Source: a virus (Duplodnaviria > Caudoviricetes). From it: a stretch of DNA of 64,000 bases. Position 1 is the stretch's first letter; every line of letters starts with the position of its first letter. Positions 9,524-18,065 of this stretch are shown in pieces. The position numbers were made by a program, and so were the translations under genes. The notes under the pieces were generated by a model. It worked only from the letters and a program-made list of their open reading frames with translations, did no database searches and had not been told where the DNA came from. The stretch lies in the IMG/VR virus record IMGVR_UViG_3300025646_000037, positions 1,199-65,198 of that record; one strand, 5' to 3'.

Positions 9524-10869
9524 AAGTTATTATACCATTCCGCTAGTTCAGGAAACGTAGTTGTAAAGTTTTTGTTCCTACGTTCGTCATACTGTGTGTA
9601 AAACTGTTTAAAATCATTGTGTAGTTTGGGCATGTCAAATGTATCACTATGTGGTGTCTTAACTACATCTAAATAATCTATTAATCTAATAATGTGATTT
9701 ACTTCATGTTCTTGCAAGTATTGTCCAAGTGGTCTTTCTTGCTGGTAAGTTAACCAATCACGTAAACGTTCTTTGTGTTTATTTCTAATGTCATCTGGAA
9801 ATACTAATGCACTTTGAAAACTGGGAAAACGTAGAATGTTTAGTGTAAAGTTAATAAGGTTTCTACCATGCCTAGTTTTCCAGGCTACTAACAAGTCTAA
9901 AAACTCTGTTAAACTTTCTAAACATAATGCGTTAATTGTACACATGATATGTAGACCACGTAACTTATGTCCATATACCTGTATAATTTTATTCATGTTA
10001 TCGCACCACAGATCCCACTCTAAACCATCACGTATATATTCTGCTTGTGTGTTCCAACTTTCATTACTGGTGTATAGGTCTATAGGCTGATCTACACTGT
10101 TAAACAATCTATCTACATCTACGTCCTTGCCTAAGTTACTATTAATAGCAAGGCGTGTTTTTGATTTGCCTTTGTTTTGTTTGAACCAATCTAACAACTG
10201 CCAAGTGTGTGCTGACATAAGTGGTTCACCACCTGTAATCCGTAGCTCATCTAACGTTTTGTGGAGGTCCGTTTCCCACCACTTGAAGAACGCTTCGACA
10301 TACGGATTTGTTTCACCGTACTTATACAACTGCGCACTACTATGATCATGGGTGAAATGATTACGGCCGTCACTAATAAGATTTCTATAAGGTCCGTTTT
10401 GCTTAATGTCTCGTACCCACGTACTACTAAAAGCAGGATTGCAATAACTGCAAGCAAATTGACAAGTCCTATCGAAACTAATTTCCAAAGTTCTAAGGTC
10501 AATGTCGGTTTCTGGGTCTTGGGTGAATGCATCGTCTAAGTCCTTTATTGTGTATATCTTACTTTTATAGACACGATCCGATATATTGTCACGCTTGATA
10601 TCTTCAATCTTCCAACAGTACTCACAGCCTGGCGGTCTTTCACCTGCCTGCATCTGTCGTCTGTCCAGTTTCTTTTGTGGCGTGTTGTGTATTGCTTTAG
10701 GGTTGCGTTTTGCTTCCTCTATATCCACTAAGTGTGCAGGTGGGTGATGGCAACTAGTACTCATACCTGAGCCTAACCATATAGTTGCATTGTACCACTT
10801 TGCGCCACAAAAACTGGCACTCTTAGTGTCTAATACTTGTTGTTTAAATTCTAAATCACTGTTGTGCAT
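9520..10869 (-). CDS. Radical SAM protein with N-terminal twitch-like domain (type B)
   Basis: CQFACSYC, GGEP; CGAKW...SCHH...CEYC. Confidence 0.9.
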   Translation of the reverse strand: MHNSDLEFKQQVLDTKSASFCGAKWYNATIWLGSGMSTSCHHPPAHLVDIEEAKRNPKAIHNTPQKKLDRRQMQAGERPPGCEYCWKIEDIKRDNISDRVYKSKIYTIKDLDDAFTQDPETDIDLRTLEISFDRTCQFACSYCNPAFSSTWVRDIKQNGPYRNLISDGRNHFTHDHSSAQLYKYGETNPYVEAFFKWWETDLHKTLDELRITGGEPLMSAHTWQLLDWFKQNKGKSKTRLAINSNLGKDVDVDRLFNSVDQPIDLYTSNESWNTQAEYIRDGLEWDLWCDNMNKIIQVYGHKLRGLHIMCTINALCLESLTEFLDLLVAWKTRHGRNLINFTLNILRFPSFQSALVFPDDIRNKHKERLRDWLTYQQERPLGQYLQEHEVNHIIRLIDYLDVVKTPHSDTFDMPKLHNDFKQFYTQYDERRNKNFTTTFPELAEWYNNL

Positions 10870-12226
10870 GATATCTACATTCTAACCACCAGGATTCCAT
10901 CTCCGGGAAAGTTTCTAAAAAGTTTGTGCCTCTACGTTTATCATGTTCATTAAAAAACAAAAAGAAGTTTCTTTTTTGTTGCTTAATGTATTCTGCATCC
11001 AACTGCTGGCCTTCACGCATCCAGGCAATAGTCCTACGCATACGTTGTACTTCAAAATCTTTAAAACCTGTGCTGTACTCTATGTTCTCTTCCATCCAGT
11101 CTGCAACTTCGTCCAACTTTTGTGCGTAACTTTCTGGCAGTATTTGTAAACTTTGCCAAGCAGGTTGTCTAAGCAAAGGTGTATCAAACCAAATCTTGTT
11201 GTATTCTTTGTTGTATTGACGTCGTAAAAATAAGATCCAGTCTAGTAATTTTTGTAATCGAATTACACTTAAATTATTCATTGTAATAATAAAAGTGAGA
11301 CTGTTCTTATATTTAACTGCATCTAAATAGTGCTGTACGTATCCATGCAAGCGATGCATTTTTAAACCATCACGTATATACTCAGCCTGAACGCCCATGC
11401 TGTCCACGCTTACATACTGCATAAAGTGTTCTATGTTATTACCCGAGCATAACTTCTGCACGTACTCAATATACTTTACAAACAAGCCATTCTCTACACT
11501 AAAGTTACTGGTTACATTTAAGTGTAAGTCTGGCTTAGGCAAAGTCAATACATAATCAAATACACGATATGTATTACGATCCATTAAGGGCTCACCACCT
11601 GTCATTCTAAAATGTTCTAGTTTAGGATACAACTCCGGCCACCACTCCCAAAACGCATCCACGTAGGGGTTTTCGTCTCTGTTAGGGATAGGACGTCTAT
11701 CTCCCATAAAGTGTTCGGGTGCATTGTGCGCTGGTACAGTAGGGAAAGCGCCTTTGTCCTGTATTTCCTGTGCCCAACTTGAACTAAACTGTGGCGAGCA
11801 GTAACTACATCTTAAATTACAAGCATGGTTAAAGTTTACTTCTACATAACTAGGCACAACATCCTGTTGCCAATCTATGTTAGTGGGATCCATTTGTGCC
11901 CAGGGCTCGCCACTGCGATAGTGTCTGTCACTTAGGTTACCCGCATCTTCTATTGCCCAACAATAACTACATTCTTCTGGACGTTTGCCCTCTACCATTA
12001 GTTTGCGCTGTTGCTTTTTGTGTTCGGTATTGTGTAGTGCGCCGGGATTTTTCTTTATAGCGTCTAATGGTATTTTATGTAGGGGCGGATGATAACAACT
12101 GTTGTTGAGTCCAGTAGGCAAATGCAAACTTACTTGTTTCCATTTAGCATAGCAAAGACTAGGACCAAGCGTGTCCTTCATGTCTTCTGCCGCTGTCATA
12201 AATTCGCTTTGATCGCCTTTTGTCAT
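10856..12226 (-). CDS. Radical SAM protein with N-terminal twitch-like domain (type B)
   Basis: CNLRCSYC, GGEP; CYAKW...SCYH...CSYC. Confidence 0.9.
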   Translation of the reverse strand: MTKGDQSEFMTAAEDMKDTLGPSLCYAKWKQVSLHLPTGLNNSCYHPPLHKIPLDAIKKNPGALHNTEHKKQQRKLMVEGKRPEECSYCWAIEDAGNLSDRHYRSGEPWAQMDPTNIDWQQDVVPSYVEVNFNHACNLRCSYCSPQFSSSWAQEIQDKGAFPTVPAHNAPEHFMGDRRPIPNRDENPYVDAFWEWWPELYPKLEHFRMTGGEPLMDRNTYRVFDYVLTLPKPDLHLNVTSNFSVENGLFVKYIEYVQKLCSGNNIEHFMQYVSVDSMGVQAEYIRDGLKMHRLHGYVQHYLDAVKYKNSLTFIITMNNLSVIRLQKLLDWILFLRRQYNKEYNKIWFDTPLLRQPAWQSLQILPESYAQKLDEVADWMEENIEYSTGFKDFEVQRMRRTIAWMREGQQLDAEYIKQQKRNFFLFFNEHDKRRGTNFLETFPEMESWWLECRYHAQQ

Positions 12227-13188
12227 ACTACCTGTCTCTTTGACCCTTGACGTCTTACATCAAGTGTTAAACAATGTATACCAGCTTCCCAGAATAAACC
12301 ATGTCTAATAGGAACATAGTGTACTGTTATACCATGTGCTTCTACTTCAGGAAGCTCTATACTACTTACAATGTTTTTGCTGTCTATAACTAAAACGTTA
12401 CTTTCAAATGCTGTGTCCTGTGCCAGTCCTTGCCACTGTTCTAACCAAGTAAACAGATCCATTTTAGTTCCAAAGTTTATACCAGTAGATTGGTAATCAA
12501 ATGTTCTGTTGTTTAACTCTATAATTTTTTTACTACGTAAACATTGTGGCACCCAATCAATACTAACACAAAAAACAGTATCGTCGTCTGTCATATAAAA
12601 GCCTTGATCAATGTGTCCCCAACGATCTTGTTTGGTATCTGTATTCTTAATTAATTTTTCTTTAAAGTTCTTTTCTATCCAGTCAAAACCATTTTGATTT
12701 CCTGGACCCCAATCATTTACAATTACACTGTCTCCAGCCTTAAACATGGTTGCAGTGTGCCACAATATTTTGTGCCTATACTCATGATGATAGGGAGATC
12801 TAGACTTATAGGGTAGAGGTTCTAATATGGGCGGAGGCTGACTGATCCAGTTGTAACCTTGATTAAACAAACGTCTAAAAATATCATAGTAGCATAAACC
12901 GTCCCAATACCTATCACGTAAACTTGTGTACGTTTGGTATATACAGTCACCGTACACTAAGTACTGGTCCCTTGGTACAATAGGATAAACTTGGTTTGGT
13001 TGTAGTTCACCTATTGTTGGTCTGTGTACCTTAATACCTAATTTAGACAAATAATCTGCTAGGTTATCTAAATCTTCTTTTGTTTCTGTTAGTATTCTAT
13101 CTAGTTCAGGCACACCTGGATATGTAGGCTTACAGTCGCCTACGATAACTTCTTCAAGTGGATCCCATTCAGTCCAGACTGTCACCAA
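12223..13188 (-). CDS. Amidinotransferase-family protein (glycine / inosamine-phosphate amidinotransferase-like)
   Basis: EWDPLEEVIVG start, PRD, HID and GIHCLTLD (catalytic Cys) motifs typical of AGAT/StrB1. Confidence 0.8.
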   Translation of the reverse strand: MVTVWTEWDPLEEVIVGDCKPTYPGVPELDRILTETKEDLDNLADYLSKLGIKVHRPTIGELQPNQVYPIVPRDQYLVYGDCIYQTYTSLRDRYWDGLCYYDIFRRLFNQGYNWISQPPPILEPLPYKSRSPYHHEYRHKILWHTATMFKAGDSVIVNDWGPGNQNGFDWIEKNFKEKLIKNTDTKQDRWGHIDQGFYMTDDDTVFCVSIDWVPQCLRSKKIIELNNRTFDYQSTGINFGTKMDLFTWLEQWQGLAQDTAFESNVLVIDSKNIVSSIELPEVEAHGITVHYVPIRHGLFWEAGIHCLTLDVRRQGSKRQVV

Positions 13189-13621
13189 CTATCTCCTCAT
13201 AGTATTCTGGCGACCAAAAACTATAGTAGTCTGTTTTTGCTAACCCTCGTCTAGCATCTATAAGTTTCTTTTTATCCTGACAGAGTATTAATTTATACTT
13301 GCCGTTGTTTGTCTGTACACCGTTAATGTAAGTTGCTTTTGTACTATCTGGTAGAAATATTAAATCGGGATACTGTTCATTAAGTTCTCGGCAACGTTTT
13401 ACCAGTGTGCTGTGTCGTTTTTTATCATCACAAATTAATACTAACACATCACACTTCTCTGTGGGCAACTCTAAGTTGTCTATATCAACTTTAAATGCTC
13501 GCATCTTTGCCAGATGTGCATATGGGCAAATTCTGTGACCGTTTAGTTCACTATAGTTTGTTGTAAGCCTTATAATCCACTTGCGTAGATTGTCCATTTC
13601 TTCATGTGTTGCTGAACGCAC
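13169..13621 (-). CDS. Hypothetical protein
   Basis: 150-aa ORF overlapping both neighbours; ICPYA motif. Confidence 0.6.
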   Translation of the reverse strand: MRSATHEEMDNLRKWIIRLTTNYSELNGHRICPYAHLAKMRAFKVDIDNLELPTEKCDVLVLICDDKKRHSTLVKRCRELNEQYPDLIFLPDSTKATYINGVQTNNGKYKLILCQDKKKLIDARRGLAKTDYYSFWSPEYYEEIVGDSLD

Positions 13622-14789
13622 GATCTAACCTTTCGTTTAAATTATTCCAATATTTTTCACAGTCGATACCTGCAGGCGCACAAATTGTTAGGTGTTGTTC
13701 ATCATAGTAAACATTTAACCCACTTGGCATAATACCACTTTGTATTAAATCAAATTGCTTTAAAGGTTTAACGAGTTCCATACTACAAATTATTCCCTTA
13801 TGCCATCCTTGTTTGATGTGTCCTAGTCTTAATCTTTCTCTAATAAGCTCATCAAACCTAATTTTAATATTATTAAATGTATCTGTGCTTATCCAGTTAC
13901 GCCAAATCCAATTTGCGGCAGCCACTCCTGCCATGTTAGGCGACCAGGTATGGCTAAAACCAAACTTATTAATGACTGCTCTTGTAATTTTTTCTGACAT
14001 ACAGACTGAGCTGAGAGGAGCGAACCCTCCGGTAATACTTTTACCACTAGTTACTAAATCTGGCATAACTCCTTGTAAGTTGTGTGTGAAACGAGCACCA
14101 GATTTACCATATCCTCCCATAACATCGTCAACAATCATCAAACAATCGTATTTGTCGCATAGTTGTCTTATCTCATACCACCATGAATCTGACCAAGGTC
14201 TAAACTTCTCTATCCAAGGCAAAGACTCCATAAACACTGTGCCTATATTCTTATTATTTTTTAGTAAATCTTCAACCTTTTGTAGTGCTAGATCCTCATG
14301 GTGCTGTCTCGCATCAATTGTAGGCCAAATGCCTGTATCTACTCTATGACACCATGGTGCTTCAAAGTCTCCTCTGAGTATAGCGGGTAAAAAACTAGTT
14401 CCACTATAACCAGGTATAAAACTTATTATTTCCTGTCTATTAAAGTTATACTTTGTATAATACAAGTTCTTAAGATAAAATGCAAGCTCTACTGCATCTG
14501 TGCCAGACACTGCCCATGCTACACTATGTAACCCACTGTCTTGCACAATGTTGTTAGCGAGTTTATCAACGTCCTCACAACTTTCACTAGACTTATAGTT
14601 TACCCAAGAAATGTTACGGTGTATCCACTGTATTGCCGCAGTTATATTAAAGTGATTGTATCCCCAGATGTAAGTTTGGTTGCCGCAACTTATATCCATT
14701 AAAATACCCACGTTAGTATCGCAAAACCATTCTTCTTGTCCACTAACAAGTAGTCTTATTTTGTCATCAGTTATTTCTGCTAGTTCCAT
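13602..14789 (-). CDS. Class III PLP-dependent aminotransferase
   Basis: SGTDAVE, IVDDVMGGYGKSG, PDLVTSGKSITGG (PLP lysine). Confidence 0.85.
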   Translation of the reverse strand: MELAEITDDKIRLLVSGQEEWFCDTNVGILMDISCGNQTYIWGYNHFNITAAIQWIHRNISWVNYKSSESCEDVDKLANNIVQDSGLHSVAWAVSGTDAVELAFYLKNLYYTKYNFNRQEIISFIPGYSGTSFLPAILRGDFEAPWCHRVDTGIWPTIDARQHHEDLALQKVEDLLKNNKNIGTVFMESLPWIEKFRPWSDSWWYEIRQLCDKYDCLMIVDDVMGGYGKSGARFTHNLQGVMPDLVTSGKSITGGFAPLSSVCMSEKITRAVINKFGFSHTWSPNMAGVAAANWIWRNWISTDTFNNIKIRFDELIRERLRLGHIKQGWHKGIICSMELVKPLKQFDLIQSGIMPSGLNVYYDEQHLTICAPAGIDCEKYWNNLNERLDRAFSNT

Positions 14790-15739
14790 TACCAGCCTTC
14801 AATTACTCTTATAATGTCTATTTCTCTGGTCATAGGCTTAATGTTAAAGTGTTTTGCAGTCATAATATGTTTAAAGAAGTAACTCTGATCTGCTGTCATA
14901 TCTACCATTGGTAAACTTAGACGCTTGTTTAAGTTAACACCTATACGGTTACTTTCTGCGTCTGGATCTACATCCTTATGTTCCTGCCATAACTTATCTA
15001 ACTCGTCAAAGTCCTGTACCTTAGTGTAGTCCCAGTCTTGTAACATTGTTAAGTAAGTACCAAGACGTGCGCCATATATTGCCCAGGCGCCGTTATCTAC
15101 ATCTCTGCCAACGTTTTGCCATATAAGCAAATTATCAAAATTACGACTTGCTACTTTCTTTTCAAAGTTAGTTAAACTTGGCTTTGCACCTCTATCCAAA
15201 CACATCTTAACACCTTCTCTAAATCCTGCTCGCCATGCTTGGAAGGCAGTTTGGTTAGGATATGTTGTGCTATAACAATTATGCATTGCCCAATAACGTT
15301 CATCAAAACAAAACTCTACTGCGGTGTCGTCACTGCCATCACTGTTTTCGTGTGTGCGCATGTTAGCAACAAAGTCTTTAGTCCAACAACTAATACCGCC
15401 GTTGCCATACATCAGACCATTTATTTCGTTACGGGCCCGCCATCTAAACACGCAATCTTTATTCTTATCGTCTAATTCCAACTGCACGTTAAAGAAGTCA
15501 GGATCAGGTAAGTTGTCCCCGTCTATTAGTACAAACCTATCTGTATCACTTGCTTCGCCTGCGGCTTTATGTGCGTTGTCAGAGCCTTTTACTCCGTCAA
15601 CACGTTTAGCCCAAGGTACTATGTTTTGTATTTTAATCCAAAACTCTTCCTTTTTAGGCTCGTCATACGTTAAAAATATGACATCTAAATCTGCTACATC
15701 AACTATATCCATGGTCCCAATACTCCGGATTGTTATCAT
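14789..15739 (-). CDS. Glycosyltransferase-like protein (GT-A fold)
   Basis: VIFLTYDEP start and LIDGDN DxD motif. Confidence 0.55.
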   Translation of the reverse strand: MITIRSIGTMDIVDVADLDVIFLTYDEPKKEEFWIKIQNIVPWAKRVDGVKGSDNAHKAAGEASDTDRFVLIDGDNLPDPDFFNVQLELDDKNKDCVFRWRARNEINGLMYGNGGISCWTKDFVANMRTHENSDGSDDTAVEFCFDERYWAMHNCYSTTYPNQTAFQAWRAGFREGVKMCLDRGAKPSLTNFEKKVASRNFDNLLIWQNVGRDVDNGAWAIYGARLGTYLTMLQDWDYTKVQDFDELDKLWQEHKDVDPDAESNRIGVNLNKRLSLPMVDMTADQSYFFKHIMTAKHFNIKPMTREIDIIRVIEGW

Positions 15740-16064
15740 CAGGAAATGCTAGGTTATTACGCATAACAGCAAATCCTTTATTACTAGGTTGCAATAGTTT
15801 ATTCCTAACTTTGCGTGGTTTTTTTACTATCTCGCCGTCCTTAATTATACTTTCATGTAGTAAATGGCTAACTGCCTTATACTCTTCTAATCCTAGTTCT
15901 AAACAAAGTCCGGTCGGCTCACCAGCTTCGTTGTGAACTTGATGCGTGATCTCTCCCTCGCTGTTATAATATATCCTATAACGTTCTTGGATTTTCGGAG
16001 GAGGTACAAATTCACTAAGTGCTTTGTAAAATTCGCTCACATGTTTCGATTGCTCGTCTGACAA
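15699..16064 (-). CDS. Hypothetical protein
   Basis: 121-aa ORF overlapping both neighbours. Confidence 0.6.
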   Translation of the reverse strand: MSDEQSKHVSEFYKALSEFVPPPKIQERYRIYYNSEGEITHQVHNEAGEPTGLCLELGLEEYKAVSHLLHESIIKDGEIVKKPRKVRNKLLQPSNKGFAVMRNNLAFPDDNNPEYWDHGYS

Positions 16065-16869
16065 ACTTTTCGTCCTTTATAAAATAATGTACAGGGTACA
16101 TTTGTTTTTGTGTATTAAAACTTAATACTCCATCATTACCGAATTGGGCTAAAACATGATCTTGCCAATTTAATCCACTATGCCATTTATTAACAGCGCC
16201 TTTCATGTGTACAAAACTAGGTATAGCATAAGGTAAGTAACAATTTTCTTCTCCAATTAACCTTGCCGCAACTGCGTAGGCTACATCTGTACTAACTATA
16301 TCTTCTCTACAATTTTTTAAAACTCGATCTCTGTATCTATCCCAATGCTGATAAACATACCTAAGTTGTTTCCAGAATTCTTGACTTACGTGACCAAATC
16401 TAAAATAACTAAATCCGTTATAGGTGTTCAGTAAATTATTCTCTACGAATAACTTACGATAAGACATGGTGTTATTAATATTGCCTTCCCAGTCACGTAT
16501 ATTGGTACAAATACAGACTTCACGTTTCTGCATAAGTGGCCACCAATGGTCTATGTTAGTGGTTACTAATATGTCGGATTCTATTTTTACAGTTTCTCTG
16601 TATGGTGTAAGTCTACCTACTTGCCATTCGTTGGCTAGTTTCCAGTCATGATCTTTTGCATCATCTTGTATAAGATCAATTACATTATCAAACACATCGA
16701 GGTACTTGGACTGCATATCATTACGTGTGCGCTCGTCAACTAATACGGTATAGTTTGTGTACTTCTTTTGTGTAATTTTTATACTAAGAGCTTGAAGGTA
16801 TGCAAGTTCAAGATAGTTTGTGCTATCTGTGTTTTGCGCTATTGTAACATATCCGGCATTCTCAATCAT
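16015..16869 (-). CDS. Glycosyltransferase-like protein (GT8-like), paralogue of next gene
   Basis: LTPYRETVKIESDILV (ExD in place of DxD), STDVAYAVA, FVHMK. Confidence 0.6.
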   Translation of the reverse strand: MIENAGYVTIAQNTDSTNYLELAYLQALSIKITQKKYTNYTVLVDERTRNDMQSKYLDVFDNVIDLIQDDAKDHDWKLANEWQVGRLTPYRETVKIESDILVTTNIDHWWPLMQKREVCICTNIRDWEGNINNTMSYRKLFVENNLLNTYNGFSYFRFGHVSQEFWKQLRYVYQHWDRYRDRVLKNCREDIVSTDVAYAVAARLIGEENCYLPYAIPSFVHMKGAVNKWHSGLNWQDHVLAQFGNDGVLSFNTQKQMYPVHYFIKDEKFVRRAIETCERILQST

Positions 16870-17696
16870 AAGAACTCCGGTAGTGCCTGTTTGTTCATAA
16901 TGTGTATATCTTGATTGATACGACCAACGTAATTACGTTCATTTTTATCGTAGACATACTTTATACCACGCTCTGTGTATTCTATTATCTCCGCACGTGA
17001 TGTCAATGTAGGTAAACGCCAAGGTATACGATATGCTTCTGTGCCATAGCCACCGAGTACGTGTAATGCTATGCTTAACGCAAAGTCGTTTCTAAATACT
17101 CTACGATCAAATTGATACAATGCACTATAATAGTCCCAGTGTTCTTTTACCAATCTCATCATATCAAATACATTCTCAGCAAACTCACACTTATTAAAAA
17201 CAACTGCGGTGGCCCATACCATTGGTATTGTGTACACGCTTAAACGTTCATCTGTTTTGTATAAATTTTGTCCTGTAACATCTAATACGTCATAATGACA
17301 ACAAAAGTCAACGTCAATATCAAACAGTTTTTTATAGTTGTCTGACATTATAAGGTAGTCAGCATCCAGTAACAGAGTTCTATCAAAAGGTGTCAAGTCA
17401 TATGCATCACTTCTACTACCATTTAACCAAGGTGTGCGTAAGTTACTGTCTTTGAGAAAGAATGTTCTCATGTTTGAACACTCTGTATCGTCCATGATTA
17501 CATAGTCAAACACTGAAGTGTCTGACTCATCACGTGTCTTAGTGTCTGTAATTACAGCAACTGGTAACTGTAAATGTTCTTTAATTAACTTACAATTATG
17601 TTGTGCTATACGCATGTAATCCAATTTAGAATTACGTGCGAACATTACTACACCTTTAGACTTGGCTTCCCCGTCTAATTTTTTTGAGTTGTTCAT
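16866..17696 (-). CDS. Glycosyltransferase-like protein (GT8-like)
   Basis: LTPFDRTLLLDADYL DxD motif, RNDFALSIA, HIMNK. Confidence 0.65.
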   Translation of the reverse strand: MNNSKKLDGEAKSKGVVMFARNSKLDYMRIAQHNCKLIKEHLQLPVAVITDTKTRDESDTSVFDYVIMDDTECSNMRTFFLKDSNLRTPWLNGSRSDAYDLTPFDRTLLLDADYLIMSDNYKKLFDIDVDFCCHYDVLDVTGQNLYKTDERLSVYTIPMVWATAVVFNKCEFAENVFDMMRLVKEHWDYYSALYQFDRRVFRNDFALSIALHVLGGYGTEAYRIPWRLPTLTSRAEIIEYTERGIKYVYDKNERNYVGRINQDIHIMNKQALPEFL

Positions 17697-17979
17697 AATC
17701 TGTATAGTAACTGTTTATAGCATATTGATTAGCACGTTTGGCTTCTGTTAATAGTGTTTTTCTGTCTACTTGTATGGGATTATCGTACAAGTCTATCATA
17801 TACAAACTTGATTCTTCCCATGAATTCAAAAATGCTATTAGGTTTTGATCGGCACGAAACATGCCACCATTATGTGTAATATGCAATTCTGCTTCTACAC
17901 GTTCTTTTATGTTACGTTTGGCTACTGCGTGTTCAAACTTAGCCTGAGCGTACTGTTCTAATTTGTCGACTTTTTCCAT
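17656..17979 (-). CDS. Hypothetical protein, first gene of the enzyme operon
   Basis: 107-aa ORF directly downstream of a sigma70-like promoter. Confidence 0.65.
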   Translation of the reverse strand: MEKVDKLEQYAQAKFEHAVAKRNIKERVEAELHITHNGGMFRADQNLIAFLNSWEESSLYMIDLYDNPIQVDRKTLLTEAKRANQYAINSYYTDYEQLKKIRRGSQV

Positions 17980-17985
17980 ATAGAT

Positions 17986-18014
17986 ATTTTACACGAATAT
18001 TTTTTGATAGTCAA
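17986..18014 (-). promoter_or_regulatory. Sigma70-like promoter of the enzyme operon
   Basis: Minus strand TTGACT-N17-TAAAAT, 6 nt before the ATG at 17979. Confidence 0.7.
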
Positions 18015-18017
18015 TAC

Positions 18018-18042
18018 AAAAATGGCACTATTTCTAGTGCCA
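18018..18042 (-). terminator. Intrinsic terminator ending the fibre/baseplate operon
   Basis: Minus strand TGGCACTA-GAAA-TAGTGCCA followed by TTTTT. Confidence 0.8.
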
Positions 18043-18065
18043 AATTTGTTAATAGTAAAACTATA

